Below, one piece after another: positions 34,543-43,921 of a stretch of 57,136 bases of DNA. Source of the DNA: a virus (lineage: Duplodnaviria; Caudoviricetes); IMG/VR virus record IMGVR_UViG_3300037307_000387, positions 1 through 57,136 of that record. The stretch is one strand, 5' to 3'. A program made the position numbers and the translations under genes. The notes under the pieces were generated by a model. It made no database searches. It saw only the letters and a list, made by a program, of their open reading frames with translations, and was not told the origin of the DNA. Each line of letters begins with the position of its first letter. The stretch's first letter is position 1.

Positions 34543-34955
34543 CAGCCCTTTCCCCCCACCTTGTCCTGCTGGCACAGGAGCTTCGACCCCACGAAACACG
34601 GGAGCCCCGTCACGTCCTGCTCGATCGCCATGACCTGATCCTGCAGCGCGGTCAGCCGCGCCTCTATCGCGTGTTCCTTCGCGCCGTTGCGCGTGATCGA
34701 GCGGACCTCCTTCAGCACCTCCTCGAGCGTCTCCTGATAGGTGCTCGAGAAGTACTCCATGTCGGCGCGGAGGCTGCGGATGTTCGCCTCCGCGATCGAC
34801 AGCCGCGCGTCCTGCTTCTCGATCCGCGCGTTCTGCGAGATGCCGGTCCACTGCCGCGAGCGGTGGTAGAAGACGAGCGCGACGAGCAGGATGAGCAAGG
34901 TGTTGATGAGCGGAAGTGCGTGCTGCTCGAAGGTCACGATCTCGGGCGTCGTCAT
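34542..34955 (-). CDS. Membrane-anchored coiled-coil protein
   Basis: N-terminal TM (LINTLLILLVALVFY) followed by heptad repeats. Confidence 0.65.
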   Translation of the reverse strand: MTTPEIVTFEQHALPLINTLLILLVALVFYHRSRQWTGISQNARIEKQDARLSIAEANIRSLRADMEYFSSTYQETLEEVLKEVRSITRNGAKEHAIEARLTALQDQVMAIEQDVTGLPCFVGSKLLCQQDKVGGKG

Positions 34956-35320
34956 CCGCGGTGCTCCTTCTCTTCGACCACAACGAGTCCAACGAGGCTG
35001 CCCTCGATCCGGGCGACGCGGCGGTCGATGCCACGCACGTCGTTACGCAGCCCCTCGACCTCGCGATGGACGTGGCGCACGGAATCGGAGAGGCGGTCCG
35101 GGTCACGCGGGACGTTGTGCTCGACCTTGTTCAGCCAGCGGACGAAGGCGAGCGCCAGCGCTCCAGCGACGACGACGATGAAGCCGCCGAGGACGACCAG
35201 CACGTCCTGCGGCGTCGCAGGCTGGAGCGACGGCTCGTTCGCCGCGACGGCGAGTCCCGCGCCCGGCACGGCGACGGCAGCGAGCGCATGGACCTTCGCG
35301 CGCTGAAGGATGTGGATCAC
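34952..35320 (-). CDS. Membrane protein with coiled coil
   Basis: VLVVLGGFIVVVAGALALAFV TM; RVARIEG. Confidence 0.6.
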   Translation of the reverse strand: MIHILQRAKVHALAAVAVPGAGLAVAANEPSLQPATPQDVLVVLGGFIVVVAGALALAFVRWLNKVEHNVPRDPDRLSDSVRHVHREVEGLRNDVRGIDRRVARIEGSLVGLVVVEEKEHRG

Positions 35321-35892
35321 AGGAGCACTCCACGATAGCGATGAAGCGCGGCCGCCGCGCCCGCGATGGCGGGCGAAGACGTTTCGGGTGCGGCCGCGTA
35401 GGAGATGGAGAGGTCGCCGACGCCGACGGAGTTCACCCCGGCGGCCGGGGCCTCGCGCAGCGTCCCGAGCGCGCGGATAATCTCGTCCTTCACGTCGGGC
35501 GCGACGGCGCTCGTCGAGGAGAAATGCCCGGCGGTGTAGGTCACGGTGTAGTCGGTCTGCTGGCCCGCCGAGTTGAAGGCGAGCGGGAAGTGACCCCAGT
35601 GCTCCAGCCACCGCTTCCGCCGCACGACGTACTGGTCGGACGGTACGGCGTTGCCGGCAGGATCGACGACGGAGGAGACAGCGACGATCGGGAGCACCTG
35701 CGGGTAGATGCGGCGCTCGCCGCCCTCGTGCTCCTCGACGACCTCGCGGATGACGAACTGCGTACCAAGCAGCCGCTCGACCTCCAGCGTCGTCGCGGAG
35801 ATCAGGCGGGCGAGGCTCACGTCCTCGGCGGTGCCGTCGATCGACAGCGCCGTCTTCAGTTCGATCAGCGTGACCGCGTCGTAGGTCGCCAT
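35317..35892 (-). CDS. Head-tail connector (gp6-like adaptor)
   Basis: VTLIELKTALSID...D..LARLISA...YTVTYTAG...VGDLSISY. Confidence 0.85.
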   Translation of the reverse strand: MATYDAVTLIELKTALSIDGTAEDVSLARLISATTLEVERLLGTQFVIREVVEEHEGGERRIYPQVLPIVAVSSVVDPAGNAVPSDQYVVRRKRWLEHWGHFPLAFNSAGQQTDYTVTYTAGHFSSTSAVAPDVKDEIIRALGTLREAPAAGVNSVGVGDLSISYAAAPETSSPAIAGAAAALHRYRGVLL

Positions 35893-35956
35893 GATCCCTC
35901 TCCCGAGCACGAGGGCCGGCGGCTCAGCCGCCGCCGACCCCCGTCATGGAGCGCTA

Positions 35957-36421
35957 CTAGGCGGCCGACTCGACGCGCGGGAAGCCCTTGATGACGGTCG
36001 CCCCGATGGGGAAGCCGTTCGTGTGGGTGCCCGTGAAGGTGATCAGCGGGCGGATGTAGCGCTTCACGCCCGCGCCCGCGAGCACGGTGACCGCCGTCTG
36101 GATGCTGTCCTCGGCGGGGTCGTCGATGAGGAGCGAGCCCTCGTCGATGCGGTACTTCGTCGAGGCGAGGTCGGCCCAGCCGGTCGAGCCGTTGTCGCTG
36201 TCCTGCACCGACAGTGTGACGTAGACCGAGCCCGAGAGCGTGTCGAGCGAGTTGCCGATGTTGAAGAGGACGAGCGCGCCCTCGTACCCCTTGAGGTCGA
36301 CCGCGACGCCGGTCCCCTCGGTCGTGTTGTTGCCGACGATGGCGGTGATGGACTGGACGGCCTTGAGCTTGGCTCCGAGATCGCGGTTGACGCTGGAGCC
36401 GCCGGTGGCGGGCTGTGACAT
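35957..36421 (-). CDS. Capsid-associated (decoration-like) protein
   Basis: Follows the MCP; GVAVDLKGYE...VQDSDNG...KRYIR pattern. Confidence 0.65.
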   Translation of the reverse strand: MSQPATGGSSVNRDLGAKLKAVQSITAIVGNNTTEGTGVAVDLKGYEGALVLFNIGNSLDTLSGSVYVTLSVQDSDNGSTGWADLASTKYRIDEGSLLIDDPAEDSIQTAVTVLAGAGVKRYIRPLITFTGTHTNGFPIGATVIKGFPRVESAA

Positions 36422-36498
36422 GAGCTTCGGACCTTTCGAGTCGTCGGGCGGCCTTGCCGGCAGTCCCGACGAGTTGCAGGGTCCGGGCTTGAGCTACG

Positions 36499-36537
36499 GG
36501 CCAGCAGCGAGGGCCGGACCAATCCTCGCTGCTGGCC
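36499..36537 (-). terminator. 14-bp stem-loop after the capsid gene (terminator or mRNA stabiliser)
   Basis: GGCCAGCAGCGAGG / CCTCGCTGCTGGCC perfect arms; no U-tract. Confidence 0.5.
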
Positions 36538-36552
36538 TTCAGGCGGTCGCTG

Positions 36553-37884
36553 TTACGCCTCGACCTTCTGCGCGAGGAACGCGACGGTGCGGACGAGCGC
36601 GCCGCCGACGCGCGCGGTCGGCAGGAACGCGACGTTGGGCGCGAAGCGCTCGATGAGCCGCTGCACGCGCAGGTCGCGGCGCGAGGCCACGACGTAGTAG
36701 CGCGGGTTGCCGAAGAGGACCGGGTACGCCGAGGCAGCGACCGACGGCAGGTGCTCGGTCATCCAGACCTTCTTCCCGAACAGCGTGCCGGGGATCTGGC
36801 CCGCGTACATGATCGGGTTGTTCGCGGAGTCCTTCAGCTTCAGGATCGCGCCGAAGGTCAGCGACTTCATGTACCAGACCGCGCCCTCGCGGTACTGCGC
36901 GGGCAGGGTCATCATGAGGTCGATGAGCCCGTTGTAGGTCATCAGCGAGGCGTCGCCCGTCTTCACGGACGACACGCCCGTGCCGATGTAGTCGAAGATG
37001 CCGCGCGGCTTGCCGATGCCGTCTCCGCGCAGGAAGGCGTAGTCCCAGTCGAGCGCCTGCGTCTCGGCGATCGCCTCCTGCAGGATCGACTCCAGCGGCA
37101 CCGCGGCGTCCTCGAGCAGCGACGGGTCGACGACGACCGCGTCCGGCTGCCACTCGTGGACGGGGATGCGCTCCTGCCCGAACGTCGGCTGGTTCTGGAC
37201 CGTGGGGGCGGTGCCGTCGGTGCCGACCGCGCCGGCCGGCCGCCACGTCCCCGAGTAGCCCGTCGACCACGGGTCGGTCCCGCCGACGATCGACGGGAAG
37301 ACGAGCGTGTTGGACGAGCAGGGCACGACGCGCACGCCCGACGCCAGCGCGACGCTGATGCCCGCCATGTTCTTGATGACCTCGGCCTTGAAGTCCTCGG
37401 TGACGAGCGCGCCGCCGAGCGTGCCGATGGAGCCGACGAGCGCCTGCCGCTCCTCGGGCTTGAGCGCAGTCGTCTGCGCCGAGAGCTTCTCCCGCGCCGT
37501 GATGTAGGCGGGGTGCGACGCGCCGTGGCGGAAGTAGGCGTTCTGGCACTCGCGGATCCCCTCCGCGAAGCGCTCGGCCGTCTCCTTCGACACGACCCCC
37601 TCGGCCCGCGAGCCCTCGCGATACGCCTCGCTTGGGTCGTTGGGCAGGCCGTTGATGACCTCGTTCGCGCGCGCTTCGGCGGCGATCATCTGGTCGATGC
37701 GCTGGAGCGTGCCGGCGAAGACCTCCACGTCCTTCATCGCCTTGTCGAACTGCTCCTTGAGCTCGGCCGCGTTGGCCTCGCCCTTGAGTTCGGCGTCGGT
37801 CAGCTTGACGCCGATCTCGCGCGCGTCGGCCTGCGCCTTGCCGAGTCGCTCACGCGCTTCCTTCTGCTGGACCTGAAGGGACAT
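36553..37884 (-). CDS. HK97-fold major capsid protein with N-terminal delta domain
   Basis: Coiled-coil N-terminus; GGALVTEDF, LLEDAA, AFLRGDGIGKPRGI, LKLKDSANNPI, ARVGG. Confidence 0.93.
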   Translation of the reverse strand: MSLQVQQKEARERLGKAQADAREIGVKLTDAELKGEANAAELKEQFDKAMKDVEVFAGTLQRIDQMIAAEARANEVINGLPNDPSEAYREGSRAEGVVSKETAERFAEGIRECQNAYFRHGASHPAYITAREKLSAQTTALKPEERQALVGSIGTLGGALVTEDFKAEVIKNMAGISVALASGVRVVPCSSNTLVFPSIVGGTDPWSTGYSGTWRPAGAVGTDGTAPTVQNQPTFGQERIPVHEWQPDAVVVDPSLLEDAAVPLESILQEAIAETQALDWDYAFLRGDGIGKPRGIFDYIGTGVSSVKTGDASLMTYNGLIDLMMTLPAQYREGAVWYMKSLTFGAILKLKDSANNPIMYAGQIPGTLFGKKVWMTEHLPSVAASAYPVLFGNPRYYVVASRRDLRVQRLIERFAPNVAFLPTARVGGALVRTVAFLAQKVEA

Positions 37885-37912
37885 CTCGCTTCTCCTCTCG
37901 TTCAAGCGGCCT

Positions 37913-38971
37913 TCAGGCCGCGCCTTCGTTCTTCGTGGCGCTCCCGTCCTCGGGCGCGTTCGCCGGCTCGCGCCCGTCCTCGGGCGCGCGCATCTCGTCG
38001 TCTTCGTCGTCGACCTCTTCGGCCTCGCCGATAGCGACGAGGTACTGCTTGACCGACTCGACCGTCAGCATCCGCCGCGCGTCCTTCGGGTACGAGCACG
38101 CGCCGCTGATGGCGTTGAGCAGTGCGTCGTCCGGGTTCACGCCCTCGGCGACGTAGGCCGGATAGGGCTCCAGCCGCAGCAGGGGCACGTCGATGCCGGC
38201 GGCGTGAAGCTCGGCGCGGCGCAGCCGGTCGGCGCGCAGCGCTGCGGAGCACCGCGCCTTTTTGGACTTGTTGGGCATGAGGACGATCGACTTCCGCAGC
38301 GCCTGAGCGGCGCGTCGTCCCAGCGCAGCGATGTGCCCCGGGTCGACCTTCTCGACGAGATCGACGAGCGTGCCGAGCGCCGCGCGAAGCTTCGTCAGGT
38401 TCGCCTCGGAGAAGACGCGGCCGGCGTGCGCCTCGGCGTCGGCGCGGCCGGCGAGCAGCGCAGCCTCGGCGTCCACGAGCCAGTCGTCCGGCACCTCGGT
38501 GTCGCCCTCGCGGTGCACCGTCAGCACGCGCGCGTTCGGGTCGGCCGGGAAGGTGACGAGGCTGACCTCCATCAGCTTCGCCTTCTCGACGACGCGCACC
38601 GACTTCCCGCCGTGCGTCTCCATCCTCGCCTTCTCGGCGGTGAAGCCGATCGACACACCGTCGAGCGCGCCCATCTTCAGTAGCTCGCGCGCCTCACGCC
38701 CACGCTGGACCTCGAGGGCCAGCTGCCCGTCGAGGACGAGCCCCTCGGCGCTGTCCATCGAGAGGTGCGCGACGCCGACCGGCGCGTCGTCCTTGTGCTG
38801 CCAGAGCAGCGGGTAGCGGGCACTGCGCTCCAGCGACTCGCGGAAGGCGTTCTCGGCGAAGCGGGTCGGCCCGCGCTCGCCGTTCGCGATGGAGTCGCGC
38901 GCGCTCGCGACCGCCCGGAAGGTTCCCTCCGCCCCCGTCGTGATCGCGGCGCTCAGGAACTCCAGCGACAT
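37913..38971 (-). CDS. HK97-type prohead protease with C-terminal extension
   Basis: PLLWQH...PVG, GALDGVSIGF, LMEVSLVTFPADPNARV. Confidence 0.92.
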   Translation of the reverse strand: MSLEFLSAAITTGAEGTFRAVASARDSIANGERGPTRFAENAFRESLERSARYPLLWQHKDDAPVGVAHLSMDSAEGLVLDGQLALEVQRGREARELLKMGALDGVSIGFTAEKARMETHGGKSVRVVEKAKLMEVSLVTFPADPNARVLTVHREGDTEVPDDWLVDAEAALLAGRADAEAHAGRVFSEANLTKLRAALGTLVDLVEKVDPGHIAALGRRAAQALRKSIVLMPNKSKKARCSAALRADRLRRAELHAAGIDVPLLRLEPYPAYVAEGVNPDDALLNAISGACSYPKDARRMLTVESVKQYLVAIGEAEEVDDEDDEMRAPEDGREPANAPEDGSATKNEGAA

Positions 38972-38982
38972 CGGCTGCCTCC

Positions 38983-39020
38983 AAAAGAAAACCCCGGCCC
39001 ACCTTGCGGTGGCCGGGGTC
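38983..39020 (-). terminator. Intrinsic terminator directly upstream of the protease RBS
   Basis: GACCCCGGCCACC-GCAA-GGTGGGCCGGGG followed by TTTTCTTTT, then GGAGG and ATG. Confidence 0.75.
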
Positions 39021-39071
39021 TGTCGGACCTTCTTGGCCGAACGGGATTCTGTGGGCGCTCCTACGGGGGTG

Positions 39072-39329
39072 TCAAGGCTTCGACTCCGACGCCTGCCACG
39101 TCGTGCGGCGCTGGAACGCCGCGGAGCGCACGTCGCCGCGGTGCATGTGGAACTCGACGGCGACGTGGCCGAACGCCTGCTCGGCCTTCATCGCATCGAG
39201 GTGGAGCGCGAGCAGGACGAGGAGCGACGGCGGCAGCGCGGCGCGCAGCGTCGCGAGCGCGTGCTCGATCGTGCGGGCGTCGGGCGGCCCGCTCTTGCCC
39301 GGCGCAATCCAATGCGGGATCGTGTTCAT
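39072..39329 (-). CDS. Small protein, DUF2292-like
   Basis: ATGA overlap; FGHVAVEFHMHRGDV pattern. Confidence 0.5.
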   Translation of the reverse strand: MNTIPHWIAPGKSGPPDARTIEHALATLRAALPPSLLVLLALHLDAMKAEQAFGHVAVEFHMHRGDVRSAAFQRRTTWQASESKP

Positions 39330-39646
39330 GTCGTCGGCCTCACCGTGAAGAAGAAGGGCTCGACGCTCGTCGTGAACTTCCCAGCGAGCGTCACGCGAAC
39401 CTCGGCCTGCATGATGCCGGCGACGAGATCGGCCGCGTCGAAGGTGTAGGTACAGACGCCGTTGGGCGCGTCGGTGATCGTCATCGTCTTCGTGACGAGC
39501 GTCCCGCCGTCGATCCGCCAGCGCAGCGTCACGGTGGCCCCGGAGAGATCCATCACGGCGTCGGTATCCGCGTGGCGACAGGTGACGGTGAGGACGGTGT
39601 TCGTATCCCCCGCCACGAAGGAGTAGTCCATCGCGCCGCCGAGCAT
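39326..39646 (-). CDS. BppU-N-like virion protein
   Basis: GDT..LTVT...DLSGATV...G.CTYTF...D....G...AEV. Confidence 0.65.
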   Translation of the reverse strand: MLGGAMDYSFVAGDTNTVLTVTCRHADTDAVMDLSGATVTLRWRIDGGTLVTKTMTITDAPNGVCTYTFDAADLVAGIMQAEVRVTLAGKFTTSVEPFFFTVRPTT

Positions 39647-41394
39647 CAGATCCTCCAGTCCACGTCGAGGTGGAAGTGCGCGACCACCGAGACGGCGGGC
39701 GCGTGGTGCGAAACGATCCCGCGGTCGGTGGCGAAGTGCGCCGTGACGGCAACGAGCGCTTGAGCAAGCTCCTCCGTCCCGACCACGCCCGTGGCCACGA
39801 GGCCGGACGTGCCCGGCATCCCGACCGTGCCCTCGCCGCCGCCCTCGCCGGCCGCGATGAGCCCCGACTGCGTGGCGAGCGTCGCGCCCCCGAGCGCCGT
39901 GACGGAGCCGGTGGCGGTGAGCCCGCTCGCCCCGCCGAGTGTCGCGGCCCCGGTCGGCAGGGCGGTGCCGGCCGTGACGAGCGTCGAGCCCGCCGGCAGG
40001 GTCGCGGAGCCGAGTGCGTCGTGCTGCCCCGAGGCGGTGAGCGCGCTCGTCGAAGCGAGCACCGCCGTACCGACCTGCCCGCCCTCCGCGACCACGTCCA
40101 TCCCCGAGACGGCGGCGAGGGCGGCGGTGCCGGTCGGGTACGCCGTGCCGGCGACGGTGAGGCCCGAGGTCGCCGGCAGCGCCGCCGAGGCGACCGCCGT
40201 CCGCTGCCCCGAGGCCGTGAGGGTCGAGGTCGACGCAAGCGCGGCCGCGCCCGTCGGGTTCGCCGTACCCGTGGCGGTGAGCGCGCTCGTGCTCGCGAGG
40301 GTCGCCGCTCCGGTCTGGACCGCAGCGCCATCGGCGACCAAGGTACTCGCCGCCGCCAGCGTCGCGCCCGAGGAAACCACCCGAACGCCAGCAGCAGCGA
40401 GGGAGGAGGAGGCGGAAAGCGCGCACGCGCCGAAGGCCGTGTTCTGGCCCGCGGCCGTGAGGGTGGTGCTGGACGAGAGCGTGCTCGCCGCGCGCACCTC
40501 CACCTGCGCGCTGGCGGTGAGGCCCGAGACGGCGGGCAGGGTCGCGGAGCCGGTCAACTGCCCCTGAACGTCGCCCTCGCAGTAGAGGGTCGTCGCGGCC
40601 GCAAGAGTCGCGGAGCCCGTCGGGTTCGCGTTGCCGGCGGCCGTCAGCGTCGAGGCCGCGCCGAGCGTCACCGTGCCGTTGACCGTCCGCTGGCCGCTCG
40701 CGATGAGCGTCGACGTGGCGGGCAGGGTCGCCGCCGCGTGCGCCTCGTTGCGCCCGGCGGCGGTGAGCCCCGAGGTCGCCGGGAGGGTCGCCGCGCCGTT
40801 GGCGGTGCGCTGGCCCGTGGCCACCAGCGTGGTCGTGCCGGCGAGCGTGGCTGCGCCCGTGACGCTCGCCTCGCCGGCCGCGGTCAGGGACGAGACGGCC
40901 GGCAGGGTCGCCGCCCCGTCGACCGCGCGCGAGCCGGTGGCCGTCAGCCCGGAGGTGGCCGCGAGGGTCGCCGCGCCGCGTGCCTCGTTCTGAGCGGACG
41001 ACGTGAGGCCCGAGGACGCCGCGAGGGTCGCTGTGCCGTTCGTCGTGCGCTGCCCGGCGGCCGTGAGCCCGGAGACGGCGGCAAGGGTCGCGGCCCCGTT
41101 CGCGGTGCGCTGGCCTGCGGCGGTGAGGGTCGTCGTCCCGGCGAGGGTCGCTGCGCCATTGACGAAGCGGGTACCCGATGCCGTGATCGAGGAGGTGGCC
41201 GCGAGCGTCGCTGCGCCCGTGCGCTCGACGACGCCGCTGCACGCGAGGGTCGTGACGGCGGCGAGCGTGGCTGCCGCGAACTTCGTCGCCTGCCCGGCAG
41301 CGGTGAGCGTCGTCGCGCCCGCGAGCGTCGCGCTGCCGGTGACGGTCGCGGGGCCGGCCGTGGCGCGCGGCGTGCCGGTGCGGAGGAACGCCAT
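39646..41394 (-). CDS. Ala/Thr/Gly/Ser repeat protein (about 21-aa unit), fibre-like virion protein
   Basis: More than 20 units of GAATLxAxSxLTAxG. Confidence 0.8.
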   Translation of the reverse strand: MAFLRTGTPRATAGPATVTGSATLAGATTLTAAGQATKFAAATLAAVTTLACSGVVERTGAATLAATSSITASGTRFVNGAATLAGTTTLTAAGQRTANGAATLAAVSGLTAAGQRTTNGTATLAASSGLTSSAQNEARGAATLAATSGLTATGSRAVDGAATLPAVSSLTAAGEASVTGAATLAGTTTLVATGQRTANGAATLPATSGLTAAGRNEAHAAATLPATSTLIASGQRTVNGTVTLGAASTLTAAGNANPTGSATLAAATTLYCEGDVQGQLTGSATLPAVSGLTASAQVEVRAASTLSSSTTLTAAGQNTAFGACALSASSSLAAAGVRVVSSGATLAAASTLVADGAAVQTGAATLASTSALTATGTANPTGAAALASTSTLTASGQRTAVASAALPATSGLTVAGTAYPTGTAALAAVSGMDVVAEGGQVGTAVLASTSALTASGQHDALGSATLPAGSTLVTAGTALPTGAATLGGASGLTATGSVTALGGATLATQSGLIAAGEGGGEGTVGMPGTSGLVATGVVGTEELAQALVAVTAHFATDRGIVSHHAPAVSVVAHFHLDVDWRI

Positions 41395-42107
41395 CAGATC
41401 CTACCGGGCCGCCAGATCGCCGACCACGGCTTCACTCCGTCGTGGTCGTAGGGGAAGAGGTCGACGCCGGCCGACGGCTTGAACGACGCCGAGCACGCGC
41501 ACCAGTTCGACGTCTCCGACTTCGACACCGTGGGGTCTTCAGTCGAGGCCGACGAGAGCTTCGTCGCGCAGTAGTTGTAGGCGCTGCTGTACTGCGTCGT
41601 CGCGCCGGTCCAGTTCGCCGTGAACGTCGTCGAGGCATCCGACTTCGCGACGAACATGCACAGGTCTTCGCCGCCGCTCAGCGTCAGTTCGGTCGTCGAG
41701 AGATCCGTGCCGCCGCCGTAGCCCATCTCCGAGTCCGACACGGGCGTCGTCGCGTCGATCCCGCTGACCTCGAAGACGGCGAGCACGAAGTTGACCGTGC
41801 TCCCGTAGCTGACCGTCACCTCGTGATCGGTGCGCCCGGTGATGGCGGCCGTCCGCGAGATGACGGTGCAGAAGCGCGCGCTGGAGAAGCCGTTCTCACC
41901 GGCCGAGGACGTTTCGGTCCACGAGTGCGAGCCGTTGTCGGAGAAGGACGGGGTCGACACGTCGGTCCCCGTCATCGTGGCGGCTGCGATGAGGCGATTC
42001 CCCGTCGTCGTCGCCGACCCGAGGCCCGCCGACGTGAGGCTCGTGATGCCCGTGCCGACGAGCCACGACGTGCTGTTCGGGTCCTTCTGGACGACGGAGA
42101 TCGCCAC
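41394..42107 (-). CDS. Ser/Thr-rich beta-domain virion protein
   Basis: Composition; resembles the N-terminal part of 23512..24558 (GNRL/V...EVSGID/EYSGID). Confidence 0.6.
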   Translation of the reverse strand: MAISVVQKDPNSTSWLVGTGITSLTSAGLGSATTTGNRLIAAATMTGTDVSTPSFSDNGSHSWTETSSAGENGFSSARFCTVISRTAAITGRTDHEVTVSYGSTVNFVLAVFEVSGIDATTPVSDSEMGYGGGTDLSTTELTLSGGEDLCMFVAKSDASTTFTANWTGATTQYSSAYNYCATKLSSASTEDPTVSKSETSNWCACSASFKPSAGVDLFPYDHDGVKPWSAIWRPGRI

Positions 42108-42116
42108 GGACGGCTC

Positions 42117-42497
42117 CTAGATGCGCTCGACCGTGAGCAGCGAGTTGAACGTCCCGCCCGCTACCGTCACGCTCAGGCGCGCGCGGTTCGCGTCATCGGG
42201 GAAGGGGCAGAGGAGCCGCGTCTCCGGGATCTCGCCGTCCACGCCCGTCTCTTCGTTGCGGCCGATCCAGATGCCGCCGATGGCCGTGAAGCCGGCGAGG
42301 CCGCGCCACGTCTGGCCGGCATCGGACGACACGTCAAGGCGCACCGCGAGGCTCACGCCGTCGGCCCACAGCGTCGGGGTCACGGTCGTCTTGCGCGCGA
42401 GCCGGACGACGAGCGTGCCGGGCGCGTCGATCGCGTGCTCGACCTCGTGCGTTCCGGGGTTGATCGAGAGCGGCTGGGCGTCGATCAGGATCGCCAC
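42117..42497 (-). CDS. Hypothetical virion-associated protein
   Basis: GGAGG RBS; in the late operon. Confidence 0.6.
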   Translation of the reverse strand: MAILIDAQPLSINPGTHEVEHAIDAPGTLVVRLARKTTVTPTLWADGVSLAVRLDVSSDAGQTWRGLAGFTAIGGIWIGRNEETGVDGEIPETRLLCPFPDDANRARLSVTVAGGTFNSLLTVERI

Positions 42498-42498
42498 G

Positions 42499-42687
42499 TC
42501 ATGCCTCCATCGCCTTGATGAACTTCTTCACGCACTGCTTGACCTTGTCGTTCTTCGACGCGGCGAGCACGAGTCGGTCGTCGCCGTCGGATGCAGAGGT
42601 CGGGACGGACGGTAGCGGGACCGAGCCGCCGCTGGTGCACGCGGTCACGGCCGCCGCGAAGATGAGGATCACCCCTCGTCGATCCAT
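42499..42687 (-). CDS. Small putative lipoprotein
   Basis: MDRRGVILIFAAAVTA|C lipobox. Confidence 0.6.
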   Translation of the reverse strand: MDRRGVILIFAAAVTACTSGGSVPLPSVPTSASDGDDRLVLAASKNDKVKQCVKKFIKAMEA

Positions 42688-42690
42688 CGC

Positions 42691-43143
42691 TCACTCCTCC
42701 CAATAGAGGATCGCGCGCGCGTTCGTCGCGCTGTTGCCCGTCGGGTTCGTCACCCGCACGGCCCACGTCGCGTTGTAGTAGGCGACCTCGTCCTGCCCGC
42801 GCTGGAAGACCCACTCGTACCCGCTCTGGAGGTGGCAGTAGAGGGCCGCCTTCGAGGTCCACGTCGGCTCGGCCGAGTACGTCAGGCCGGCCCCCTGCAC
42901 CGTCGGCGCGCCGCCGGGCGCGCTGAGCAGCTGCTCGGTCACGCCCGCCGAGGTGCCGCCCGTCACGCTCCCGATCTCGATCAGCGCCGGCTTGTCGGTC
43001 GCCGCCACTCCCTCGAAGGAGACGATCAGGCGCAGCCACGCGACACCCTGATTCGTCGGGGCCGTGAGGCCGAGCAGCGTCTTCGTCGTGTTCGCAGCGA
43101 CGCTGATCGAGCCGCTGTCTGCCGTCGCAATCACCCTTGCCAT
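42691..43143 (-). CDS. Virion structural protein (hypothetical)
   Basis: AAGGAG RBS; MARVIATADSG...ILYWEE. Confidence 0.65.
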   Translation of the reverse strand: MARVIATADSGSISVAANTTKTLLGLTAPTNQGVAWLRLIVSFEGVAATDKPALIEIGSVTGGTSAGVTEQLLSAPGGAPTVQGAGLTYSAEPTWTSKAALYCHLQSGYEWVFQRGQDEVAYYNATWAVRVTNPTGNSATNARAILYWEE

Positions 43144-43144
43144 C

Positions 43145-43921
43145 TCAACTCCTTCTCGTTGGTACGGGGTACGAGCGGCTTCCGTAGGTTCCGCAGTATC
43201 CGCCCGCGCGGTTGCCGCCGCCGCGCATTCGGAAGCGCGGATAGGCGGACGCGGGCGGGTCGGTCCAAGTGATGATGATCTTGCCGTCGCCGCCGTTGCC
43301 GCCGCGCTTGGTCGACAAGTTACCGTTCGACGAGCCGCCGCCACCACCACCACCGCTCGCGCCGGCCACGCCGTTGTTGTTCGTCGCGACGCCGCCGTTG
43401 CCGCCGCTCGCTCCGTTGCCGCTCCCCGTCGCGCCGGTGTTCGAGGTCGCGTTCTCGCCCGCGCCCGCGTTGCCAGCGCTCGCGCCGCCACCGCCGCCGT
43501 ACCCGTTCGTGCCAACGTCGTTGTTCCCGCGCCCGCCCGCGTAGGTGGTCGTGCCGACGCAGTTCGCCGTCGTTCCGCCTGCGCCGTTCGCGCCGTTGCG
43601 GTTCCCGCCGCGCCCGGCGCTCCCGCGCACCTGATTCGCGTTGAACTCCGAGTTGTTCCCGTTCGCGCCGTTGCTGTTGTTCGATGCGCCGTACGCGCCG
43701 CCCTGCCCAACCGTCAGGTTGTAGACGGTCGATGGCACGACGGTCACGTCGCTGCGCGCGTAGCCCCCGCCGCCGCCACCGCCACCGCCGCCGCTCGTCG
43801 CCGTGTTGTTGTTCGATCCGCCCGCACCGCCCGCGCCCCAGCACTCGACCGTGATGGACGTAACGCCGGCAGGGCACGTCCACGTGTTCGCGCCCGCGAC
43901 GGTGAAGATGTTCTGGCCCAC
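43145..43921 (-). CDS. Glycine-rich domain protein
   Basis: TWTCPAGVTSITVECWGAGGAGG...GGDGKIIITW. Confidence 0.85.
   Translation of the reverse strand: MGQNIFTVAGANTWTCPAGVTSITVECWGAGGAGGSNNNTATSGGGGGGGGGGYARSDVTVVPSTVYNLTVGQGGAYGASNNSNGANGNNSEFNANQVRGSAGRGGNRNGANGAGGTTANCVGTTTYAGGRGNNDVGTNGYGGGGGASAGNAGAGENATSNTGATGSGNGASGGNGGVATNNNGVAGASGGGGGGGSSNGNLSTKRGGNGGDGKIIITWTDPPASAYPRFRMRGGGNRAGGYCGTYGSRSYPVPTRRS

Noticed and set aside
39646-41394. 63-nt periodic repeats as a CRISPR-like array
   Set aside because: Degenerate at synonymous positions and in frame; these are protein repeats
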